Shown here one piece after another: positions 47,601-57,837 of a stretch of 64,000 nucleotides of DNA. A program made the position numbers and the translations under genes. Within the stretch, counting starts at the first letter, position 1. The number at the start of each line of letters is the position of its first letter. This DNA is from Paraspadella gotoi. Lineage: Eukaryota > Animalia > Chaetognatha. The stretch is taken from assembly GCA_051294375.1 (NCBI GenBank), contig CM119267.1, positions 12,843,081 through 12,907,080 on the forward strand. The letters are read 5' to 3'. The notes under the pieces were generated by a model that was given only the letters and a program-made list of their open reading frames with translations, ran no database searches and was not told where the DNA came from.

Positions 47601-50600
47601 ACAGAAAAAATCAATTTTAACGTTGAAAAGTTTTATTTTGAAGCAGAATGTTTTTGTATATACCTCTTTTTTCATTCCTCACTTAGGTATTTTATAATCA
47701 TATTACGGCGGAAATAGGCTCATTTGAATCAGAAAAAGCTAATTTTTTTAAGATTTATACTTATAAGTATATTATTTTTTTCTATCTTTAAATAAAAAGC
47801 TACTGAAACTAGAAAAGATTTTGACGACTTAGTGTGGAGTGATGAATAGAATTAGAGATATTATTTTTTTGCTGCCTTTATATATGTAAAAGATCAAATT
47901 TAAGCCCTTTAAAAAAATTTTGAGTGTAACAGTATCAGAAATCGTTTTTTCTTTGTAGTGATATCCTTATAATTAATAAAATTTTAAAACAATTTTTTAA
48001 TTTTTTTTTAAAAGCAGATTCGGATTTGCCAAAAAAAATTAAAAACTTTTGTAAAATATGTTGTATTAGTTGATTCTTTCTTTCGTTGTGATTAGAGATT
48101 GGCGACAGCTCATTTTGAGCTCTATCTTAATCCTTAAACTTTTACTTTAACATTTACTTAACTGTCCCTCACCAAATCTATCTCTTCAAATTTCAAACAT
48201 TTCTCTCTTTTTCACATTTACTTATTTATAAGTAGATTAATTGTTAATATTCAATAATCATTAGTTTAAAAACTTTTATCTTTGTTGTAAATTACAAAAT
48301 GTATTATTTTTCTCTCTCTCGCCCTCTCTCTCTCTCCATTTCACTTCTTTTCACAAACTAACTCTATCGGTCCTCACCTTCAGCCTGTCGTCACCATTAG
48401 ACCACTCTCCTTTCCTCAACTCTGCGTTGGAAAATTTGCCCTCTCTCTATTTCTCTCTCTCTGTCTCTCCTTCTTTTGCACAGAAATTTGTCTCACATTT
48501 CAAATTCAACTTTAACGCTGATGAAGACTTGTAATAAAAGTCGAAACATGTACATTTTCACTGAAAATAATTCGTAGTTACTTATTATTTCATATTTTGT
48601 CTCCAGTAAAATGTTATAAATTTTAATGTGAAGGTCGCGAAAAATGAATAAAACATTTCGTCATATAATTGTTTATTATATAGAAACAAGTTGGAGCAAA
48701 CAATGTCGGTTCTGCCCACGATAATTAAGCGGTAATCAGATAAATAAATAAAATAGTAGAAATAATTTTTTTAACTATTATCATCATTTTTTCAACTTGC
48801 ATCATTTTTTCTACTCGCATCATTTTTTCTACTCGATTATTTTTTTCAACTGGATTCTTTTTTTCAACCGATTCTTTTTTTCAACTCGATTCTTTTTTTC
48901 AACTCGATTCTTTTTTTCAACTCGATTCTTTTTTTCAACTCGATTCTTTTTTTCAACTCGATTCTTTTTTTCAACTCGATTCTTTTTTTCAACTTGCATA
49001 GTTATTTTTTAAATTAATAAAAACATTCATAAGTAAGCATAAATAGTAAAAATTCAAGTCAACTTGATTTTAGTTTTTTCCATGCAAACTCATTTCCACT
49101 CCTCGATTCCAACAAAACTTTATATCCTGCCCACGCACAAAATTTCATCCCATTCTATCCATCCAATTATGAATAAATTAGGAGTCTACGTCGTTTTTAG
49201 TGATCAAGGAAGACTTTCTCAATGGAGATTTTCGTTCAAATCTGACTACCAAACAATATAAACGCTCCTGGTAAAAATTCTAGTAAAATATCAATGTAAA
49301 AACACTTGATTCCGATCCTGTTGTATCTGAAGAGCTCGCATTTTTTTTCTCTTGTCAAATCATCAACGTCTTGATATCAAACAAGCCAGAACAAATAGAC
49401 TGCTTCTGGACAGAAAAATTTTCTATCTCTGATTTTATATAGAAATGAAAGGGATTTTTTCCCTTGAAAACGATATAAACGTGACTGAGGTATGTTCCTG
49501 TTCAACAAATGACATCCAATTTTGGAATCCTTTGGCAAAGTGTCTGAAGGGCTCTCAAAATTTTTCTTTACATTTTATTTGGTTATTTTGATATGATACG
49601 ATCATGGGAAAGTGAATTAGTCCATTTTGGAGCTAACGATCGGAATTCTAAGAGTTTTCAACCGGGAGTCAGATTCGGCAAAAATCTATGGCAAAAATCT
49701 TCCAAAGAAGGGGTGGATTTTCCGAAGATTTTGGTTAATATTTTCTATATTTATGGTCGGATTTTTTTGAAACTTAATATTAACAATATTGCCATCATTC
49801 TACCTTGGCGGATATAAGAATATATTAAAAAAACCTCGGGCTTTGTTCGTCAGAGCTTAGTCCTAAATTAATCGATTAATTATGGATTAAAATTATTAAA
49901 AAGATTCAAGTGACTTGTTTTTTCCATTTAAACTCATTTCCACTCGCACGATTCCATTGAAACTTTATATCCAGCTCAATCATACACTTTCCTAATGACA
50001 TACAAAATTTCATTCCAAACCATCCATCTAATCACAAGTAATTGGAGTTTTTTGCTAAGGGGGGACGGACGGATGGACAGACATCGTTTTTAGTCGGATC
50101 CGCTTATCAGCAGATCCCAACTCTATAATTCACTTTGTCGGACTATTGGTCCGCCCCCTCAATATTGTCGGGCATTCACTTATATCATTTCAGAACATCA
50201 AATTATGATAAATTATGCAAAAAAAAGTGTCCGTCTGTCCATCCGTCCCTCCATAGCAAAAAACTCAAATTGCTCGTGATTGGAAGAATGGATTTGAATA
50301 AAATTTTGTGTGCGAGTACTGAGTAGGTAAAAGTGTGATTGAGCTGGATATGAAGTTTTGATAGAATCAGGCGAGTGGAAATGAGTTTAAATGGAAAAAA
50401 AAAAATCTATTTCACTGTTTGAACGACAATAGTAGATAGGGCGATTGACTTGAAATTTTGTATGTGGGTCGGAAAGTGTGTGATTAAGCAAGCTGGAAAT
50501 CAAGTTTTGATGGAATCGTCTGAGTGGAAATGAGTTTAAATGGAAAAAACAAAAAAATCTGTTTCACTAATTGATTATGCTTCTTTTTCTTTTTATATTA

Positions 50601-53600
50601 TATTTAAATGCAAGATGTAATTATTAATCAAATAATTAATCAGTTAATTAATAAATTAGTCAATTAATTACTAAATAATTAATTTAATGGTCAATTAATC
50701 TATTTATAAATTAATTATTCAATTAATTTATCATTTAAGTCAAGAGTTATCGGCATTATTGTCGTCGTCGCCATCATCGTTGACGTCGTTGCTTTTGTCG
50801 TGGTCAGTGACGAAAAGACCTAAAAACAAATATTTTGGATCAAATTAATTAATTTGTTAATTAAATAATTTTAGTTTATATAGTTTGTATTAATTAATTA
50901 ATAAATTAATTACCGCTAATGATCGTGAGCAGATTCGATATTGTTTGCTCCAACATTTTTTATCGTCGCAATCGCTTAGCGTTTGCGACGATATTGTAAT
51001 GCTTTTGCGCATAAGTGGCGTTGTCGTCGTCGTTGTTGTCGTCGGCGTTCCAAATTATAGATCGCCTTTTTTAGTCGGATCTGCTTATCAGAAAATCCCG
51101 ACTCTATAATTCACTTTGTCGGTCCGTCGGTCCGTCCCCTCAATATTGTTGGGCATTAACTTATATCATGTCAGAACATCGAATTATGATAAATTGTGCA
51201 AAAAAAATTATGTCCGTCCGTCCGTCCCACCTTAGCAAAAAACACCAATTACTCGTGATTGGATGGATGGATTTGAATGAAATTTAGTGTGTGGGTAGGG
51301 AATATAAAGTTTCGTTGGAATCGTCTGAGTGGAAATGAGTTTAAATAGAAAAAACAAAAAAATATAATTCACTATTTGAACACCAATTGCTCATGAGTGG
51401 ATGGGGCGATTGACCTGGAATTTTGTATGTGAGTAGAAAAGTGTGTAATTGAACAGGAAACCAAGTTTCGATGGAATCGTTTGAGTGGAAATGAGTTTAA
51501 ATGGAAACAAACAAAAAACCTGTTTCACTAATTGATTATGATTTTTTTTCCTTTTATATTAAATGTATATGCAGGATGTATTAATAAATCAAATAATTAA
51601 TCAGTTAATTAATCAATTAGTGAATTAATTAATCACTAATTAATTAATCAGTCAATCAATCCGTCCATCCGTCCCACCTTAGCAAAAAGCCCCAAAAGGC
51701 TGGTTGGATCGGAATGAAATTTGTGTATGGGTAGGAACATGTGTGATGAAGCTGGATATAAAATTTCGACGGAATTGTGTGAGTGGATATGAGTTTAAAT
51801 GGAAAAAAAAGGGGCATTTACTAAAATCTTTTTACTTATTTTAACTAATAAATACTGAGTTCAAATTTTGTGTGTGGGTAGGAAAATGTGTGACGAAGCT
51901 TGATATAAAGTTTCGGTACGAGTGGAAATGAGTTTAAATGAAAAAAATATGAGTCACATTTACTTTATTTTAAAGACATCGATGATGATAAGCGGTATAT
52001 AAATTTATAATTAATTATTAAATATTAAAATTAATTAATCGATTAATTAATTAATTTTTGTAGTATGGTGGACTAAAATCCACCAACCGTTCATCAGCGG
52101 CCATTGGTGCCGGAGGCAAGTCATTCGCCTCCCAACCCAAAGGTCCGGGGTTCTAGCCCGGTGGTCGTCTGGCAGTTAAGAGGGACGGGGCGCTTAACCC
52201 ACCTGTAACATGGTGTTACAGCCTGATCCGAAGCTCAGGGACTGCTCATATTGAACGGTTCTGTCATTAACACTTATCAATAATTACTGTCTCTTCACTA
52301 TTTTATTTTTATATTTCTTTCTCTCTCTCTTTTCTCTTTTAATTACATGTCCCTCTACCTTTCTCTTTTCCCAAGTCACTGATTCATAGGGAAAAAAAAC
52401 GAGTCTGCAGCTGGCTCTGCAGGGGCTTATTCGTTTTCTCCTGCTGCTTCTGCTGCTGCCTTTTGAGTCTGCTGCTGGCTCTGCAGGGGCTTATTCGTTT
52501 TCTCTCTTTTTTCCTGCTGCTTCTGCTGCTGCCTTTGTTTTCTTTCTTTTTTTCTGGATGCCTCTGCTACTGCCGCTGCTGATTTCGTCCGAAAACGATT
52601 TGGCTTCTCTCTCTCTCTCTTTAAGACCCTTTTTCTTAATAAATATTAAATAAGCTATCTTGCCCCCCTGACATTGAACAGGCTTTGGTTGTTTAAGGCC
52701 TGGCTTTCCTATTAATGAAGTGGTATAATGTTTCAAAGAATGTTTCAATTGTATGAAAAGACCACTCCCTTAAGTATATTGTACTCCACCCAGCATCAAA
52801 ATACATTATTTTATTTCTATGTCACTGCAGATGGCTCACCCCGTGCACGTTTTTGGCAGGAGTTGGATTGGAACATAGATCAGGAATCACTTTTCTTGCG
52901 GTCCACGCATGGAATGCCTCGATTTAGAACCGCTGTACCGGAGGAAGATATTCCTGATCAACGGCATGACGCAGACTTTGTTGTTGCCTTTTTAGTTCTT
53001 TCTGTTCACCCGGCTGAGGTTCGTTGTAAAATGGATATAAAATGAACGAGTCAATGAATCAACGTGGTTATTTCGTTTTTAGTTAAGTTTAAAGAAAAAA
53101 AAAATTTTCAGTTTTTTATTTCGTTGAAAATAATATATAATTATATACGTATGTCTCGTTATACTTCGAAAAGATGGAAAAATGTTAATTTTTGCTTCAC
53201 TTTTAGGTTATCGCTAGTTTTACAATATCGAAGTCTGTTTTCGGTTCACGTATTGGACTGGCTTCAATTAATAACGACTGCCTTATTACATTGTATTCTC
53301 GTGACGTAATAAAAATTCATAGTCTTTTGGACTTAATGATTGCCAACCCCGAGATGAAATCAGCAAGAAAAAGCTTTAATAAAGATTCTGTGATACCTAA
53401 GGTTTGTAATAACTGCTATTTCTTCCTAGAAATGTTTATGAAAATTTGAAAATTACTTGTTTCACTATTTTATATTTTAATTTTTTATGAAGGAATAACA
53501 AGTAATAATAGTTAATAAATATTTTAGATTATCTCAGTTCCACCGGTGTTATTCAACATAAAGTCCGACGATTTTTACCTGGAGCTAGGAGGATTTCCTT

Positions 53601-54419
53601 GGCACGCTCTCGTCAAGGTGTGGAAAAGCTGTTTGTTTAACCGCTTCACTATTAATATTTAAGCTATTTGTATAGAGTAAGTTTTGTTCTTTTTTGTCAG
53701 CTAAAAAAGTCATCTTTAAATGATTGTAAGTTTGCATTAGTGGATATAGCGTCGGGTCGCACCAGCGGTGTCATCGGCAGCAGTGACCGGTTGTCTCTTG
53801 ACCCGGAAGTCGCTAACTTTCGCGACGATTCCGGAATCGTGGTCTACGTTAGTCAGGACAGACTGCAGGTTCGCGCAATCGTTATTTATTTAGTATTTTT
53901 CTATCCCGCTAAAATAAAAATTGGCTCCCCAAGACGTTCCGGATCGCACGCGACGCACCTCGAAATGACGGAACTCGCTTCGATTGCTCGCCTTTTCTCG
54001 AGGTCAAATATACGCTAACTACGAGCCTTTGCGGCGGGAAAACGTTGTCGCCTCCCTCCGATGACGGGACGACCGTGACTCGAAGCGGCCGTCGCGTTAA
54101 GAAGCGTCAGTCCCTCGATCCAGATAATCTGCGCGGAGAATTTGTTTGCACGGGTTACGAGGATGACCTCGACTTGACTTTTGTCGTTCATCTAGATCAC
54201 AATCTTGTCAACAATGAGGGGAAGGCACAGTTGTGGCTCGTCGAGGACAACGTTGGCAAGGTTCTCAAGAAGATTTCCTTGCGAACCAAATGGGACGATG
54301 AGGAGGACGTTTTGGAAAACAACGTGGAAATGGATTTAGATTTGATAATACATTCCATACTAAAGTACAACGGCGAGACCGAATGCGTTGTCTATGCGTT
54401 GGATAGAACAATATATTGA
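44696..54419 (+). CDS. DCAF17: DDB1- and CUL4-associated factor 17 (multi-exon)
   Basis: Approximate exons: 44696-44948, 46713-47024 (possible 75-nt intron), 52831-53018, 53207-53401, 53528-53617, 53701-53867, 53934-54419. The motifs NVLQILDSRE..ANYRLLKELI..KF, CPV, LDW..QE, PPVLF..LGGFPWH, DSGIVVYV, TVTRSGRRVKK, YEDDLDL, EGKA and GKVLKKISL..W are collinear with DCAF17 as recalled. Confidence 0.88.
44985..46607 (+). repeat. Cluster of ~300-bp interspersed repeats in DCAF17 intron 1
   Basis: Copies at 44985-45241, 45255-45313 + 46140-46290 (split by an insertion), and 46293-46607. Confidence 0.75.
45490..45835. mobile_element. Family B LTR-like copy fused to an inverted partial copy
   Basis: 45490-45727 matches 14879-15110. 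45728-45835 is the reverse complement of its first ~108 nt. Confidence 0.75.
47134..47495. mobile_element. Small MITE-like inverted-repeat element
   Basis: ggttaattttactttcgccgacc at the left end and ggtcggcgaaagtaaaattaaacc at the right, plus internal copies of the same motif. Confidence 0.65.
48105..48610 (+). mobile_element. Penelope-like pLTR fragment with hammerhead motif at 48518-48552
   Basis: CTGATGA-A-GACTT-gtaataa-AAGTC-GAAAC-ATGTA. Homologous to 2765-3245. Confidence 0.7.
48845..48995. repeat. 18-bp tandem repeat (TTCAACTCGATTCTTTTT)
   Basis: About 8 tandem copies. Confidence 0.9.
50093..51960 (+). mobile_element. Adjacent Helentron/HINE-like copies (H1 50093-50955; H2 start 50960-51070; H1 from 51074)
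   Basis: Same subTIRs, hairpins and internal repeats as the 22790-27535 and 20890-21912 elements. Confidence 0.62.
52064..52297 (+). mobile_element. TRIM family A solo LTR containing a tRNA-like unit (52097-52168)
   Basis: TATGGTGGAC...GTCTCTTCA. Flanks gtag/ctat do not form a TSD. A-box-like TGGTGCCGGAGG and B-box-like GGTTCTAGCCC. Confidence 0.85.
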
Positions 54420-54826
54420 TTAATGATTATTGATTAAATGGGTTGATTTTATTTTTTTAAAGTTTTCTTTTATCTGATGCGTAGGATTGCTCTCACATTG
54501 CGATTATTATCGCTAAATTAAATTGCGTTTTCAATTGCTTTTTAAGTTCAAATGAGTTGGTTTATAATGGTTTATAATTAATATGATTACAGAAGGCAAA
54601 ACTACTGGTCAAATTTATTGAAATTTAGTATTAACGATCCCTACGTGAATACAAATAGAACTATCGAGGCGAATTTCAATATTTGACGCCTGAGCCAAGA
54701 TATGGGGCCTCGGAGGGGTCACCCTTAAAGGCAAAAGAAGGTTAAAAATTTTTTTCAAATTTTTTTATTATTTTTGTTTTGAACAGTTGCATAGGCGTTT
54801 ACTTTTCTACAAAAGCATATTTATTA

Positions 54827-56384
54827 CAGGGTTGGCATTAAAAAACCCACCCAAAAAAACCTACTAAAAAGTAGGTTTTTTTGGTTTTTTTTTAAATTAC
54901 TTAAATTTTTTAATGTGAAACTGAAGAGACTGTAATTATTGTTATGTGTTAATGACAGAACCGTTCAATATAAGCAGTCCCTGAGCTTCGGATCAGGCTG
55001 TAACACCGAGTTACAGGCGGGTTAAGCGCCCTGTCCCTCTGCTAGGCGGCCACCGGGCTAGAACCCCGGACCTTGGGAGGCGAATGACTGGCCGCTGATG
55101 AACGGTTGGTGGATTTTAGTCCACCATACATCCCCCCCTCCTATAGGGAGAAGTCTGTTGTTGTTGGTGGAAAGTTCGTCACCAAGTTGATGTGTTGTGT
55201 TGATGGCGGAAAGTGCATCGCCAGGTTGAGGCATGTCGCCTGAAAGTGTTGTTGCTGTTTTGTTCGAACTGCCAGGCGGCCACCGGGCTAGAACCCCAGT
55301 TGGGAGGTGAATGACTTGCCTCCGGCACCATTGGCCGCTGATGAACGGTTTGTAGATTTTAGTCCACCATAAAACATTAAATTGTTGAAGAAAAAATTTA
55401 AATCATATAAGATCTATCATTTTTTAAAGCTTAATATATAATTTAATGATAAAAAATAACCCTAAACCTATGTTTTACTTGTTTACTATCAGTATCACTT
55501 TCGTTGCTGGCTTCTGTACCATTTTCCTTATATTAAGTAATTCTAATCGTGAATCGCAAATTATGTTAAGAGCAACACATTAAAAATGATTGCTATTCTT
55601 TCATTATTATTTAACACAAGGTTAGGGTTCTTTTAAAGCTATTTATCAGAAAAAATTAAACTTCAATATAATTATATATTTTATTATAGAATTCGTTTTT
55701 AATTTGAGATTACAACGATTTTTATTTCAATCTCAAATTAAAAATGTTTTCTATTATCAAATACAACGAATTGAAAGGAAACAAACAATGTTTAATTATA
55801 TATTTGAATATTTGTCACACGTTAAAGAATTCTCTTTAAAGGTATACTTACCAGGAGTAAAGTAACGAGAATGCAGGTAAATAATATATTGACGTCAGGA
55901 AAAAATCTTAGCTTAATCCGAACATCAAAATTTATTTTTAGCCCAAAAGACAAGTTCGGCAAAAACATGTACTAAAGATGTACTTCAATTTTTAATGTAA
56001 TAGTAATTTCTATAAATGTTATATAAATGTTATATAAATGTTTATGATGCATATTTATATCAAATTATTTTGAGTATTTAATTACTTTTTTCTAATAAAA
56101 TTAAGTTTATACACTTTTTTCATAACAGGTTTTATTCAGAAAATATAATATTTATTACATTTCTGTTTACCATAAAAAATATTAATTAATTAATACTATT
56201 ATTAAATATAATCAGTATATTTTTATATATTTTTATCAATAATCACTTAAGAAGTTTAAATATTTTAAATTTGTTTATTAAAAAGAAATAATATGACAGT
56301 CTGCTATCTATAATTTAAAAAAAAACCAAAAAAACCCAATAAAACCAAAAAAAACCTAAAAAACCCAGGTTTTTGCCAACCCAG
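54827..56384. mobile_element. hAT-like MITE
   Basis: TIRs CAGGGTTGGCA / TGCCAACCCAG. 8-bp TSD atttatta at 54819-54826 and 56385-56392. aaaacc subterminal repeats. Confidence 0.85.
54922..55371 (-). mobile_element. TRIM family A two-LTR element with internal deletion
   Basis: Full LTR 54922-55128, PPT complement, internal region, then a truncated second LTR. TSD aaac. Confidence 0.85.
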
Positions 56385-57197
56385 ATTTATTACCACAAAA
56401 ATATTAGTTTACCTTAATTTTAAACTTCATGAAGATCAGCAGTTCAAGTCAGTTTTGGAATAATTTGGGAAAATTGGAAGTAAAATGCTGAACCATGCAT
56501 CTTAAAACTATGCTTAATTATTAAAAAATTATTAATTTTATTTTTTTTTTAATTTTTATTTTTTTTTTAGTTTTTTAATTTTTAGTTTTTTTTATATGTT
56601 TAAAACGTCAATGCACCTGATGCTACTAAAAAATTAAAAAAACAATTTTTAGATTTTTTTGCCCCCCCAGGGGTCCACTCTTGTCAATGTCAGGGGTTGA
56701 ATATTAAAATTCGCCTCGATAGTTCCATTTATATCGTCATTAGGACTCTCAATGTAAAATTTCATGAAATTCGATCAGGTAGTTTGATAGGAAAAGATTC
56801 TGGTCACAAAAAAAGGGGTACCTCATTTTATAATATGAAGCCTTCTGTATATAATTCATTGTACAAAGATCTAAAAAAAAAGTTGTCCAATTATTTGCGC
56901 TGTAACGAAATTTTTAATTGACCATATTATCAAATAAAATAATTTTCTCATATTTTGGTCCATGTGCGTATTTTTTTTCACTTATTGATTCTGAAATTAA
57001 AGTAATCAAAGTAATTTTTTTCTTGTTTACAAATTACAAAGCGTTTACCCTGTTATTTTTTCCTTTTGATTTGATTCTCTTAGTCTTACGCGTAAATTTC
57101 ATTTTAATTAATTTTTAATAATTTTTTTTATAAAATAAAGGTCTTCAGTCTCATACTTTCAGTTTTTTAATTTTTTTTATTTTAAACTCAAATCAAA

Positions 57198-57824
57198 ATG
57201 TCAAAAGAACATCAGCCTGTCAAGATAACCGAGAGCCAGGAGGGGCCCAAAAATTTACGTGAACTCATACAAGGACTGCATGAGCTCTTTGCTCCGGAAA
57301 CGGTGAATGCTGACCGCGTCAAACGTTGGCTAGAACTTTTTCCCGTCAATCTCAAGGAAATGGAGCCATACTCGATCTACGATCCCCATCGCTACACTCG
57401 AAACTTGGTCGACGCCGGCAACGGGAGGTTTAATCTCATCTTGATGGGCTGGGGTGAGGGTCAATCCACGGGCATCCACGACCACTCCGGTTCCCACTGC
57501 TTCATGAAGATCATTGATGGCGAGGTTATTGAGAACCTCTTCGATTGGCCCGACGAAAACAAAAACGAGCAGATGCTTAAATCGCGAAAGACGACGGTGT
57601 TTCGATCGGGTCAGGTGGCATACATCAACGACTCCCTCGGGCTACATAGGATTGGGAATTCTAGCGACGTCAACAAAGCGTCGTCACTTCACGTCTACGT
57701 TCCTGCCTACGATATGTGTCACCGATTTGACGACCGAACCGGCCAGAAAATTGCGATCAATCTCGTTTTTCACTCCAAATACGGCGAGAGATACGGCAAC
57801 ATAAACGTCAACATGGATATGTAG
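57198..57824 (+). CDS. CDO1: Cysteine dioxygenase type 1 (intronless)
   Basis: 208 aa. YTRNLVDAGNGRFNL, W..GQSTGIHDHSGSHCFMK, LGLHRIGN and SLHVY motifs. The three-His iron ligands and the Cys/Tyr cofactor residues are retained. Confidence 0.95.
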   Translation: MSKEHQPVKITESQEGPKNLRELIQGLHELFAPETVNADRVKRWLELFPVNLKEMEPYSIYDPHRYTRNLVDAGNGRFNLILMGWGEGQSTGIHDHSGSHCFMKIIDGEVIENLFDWPDENKNEQMLKSRKTTVFRSGQVAYINDSLGLHRIGNSSDVNKASSLHVYVPAYDMCHRFDDRTGQKIAINLVFHSKYGERYGNINVNMDM

Positions 57825-57837
57825 GCATGTTTATTAA

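Larger units (their letters stand above)
54590..56847. mobile_element. Tc1/mariner-like MITE (outer layer of a nest)
   Basis: ta-CAGAAGGC...GCCTTCTG-ta. The right arm is homologous to the right arm of 61560-62395. Confidence 0.6.

Noticed and set aside
53019-53045. Premature stop (MDIK*) suggesting a DCAF17 pseudogene
   Set aside because: The stop lies in an intron: the donor at 53019 splices in frame to 53207 (HPAE|VIASFTISKSVFG).
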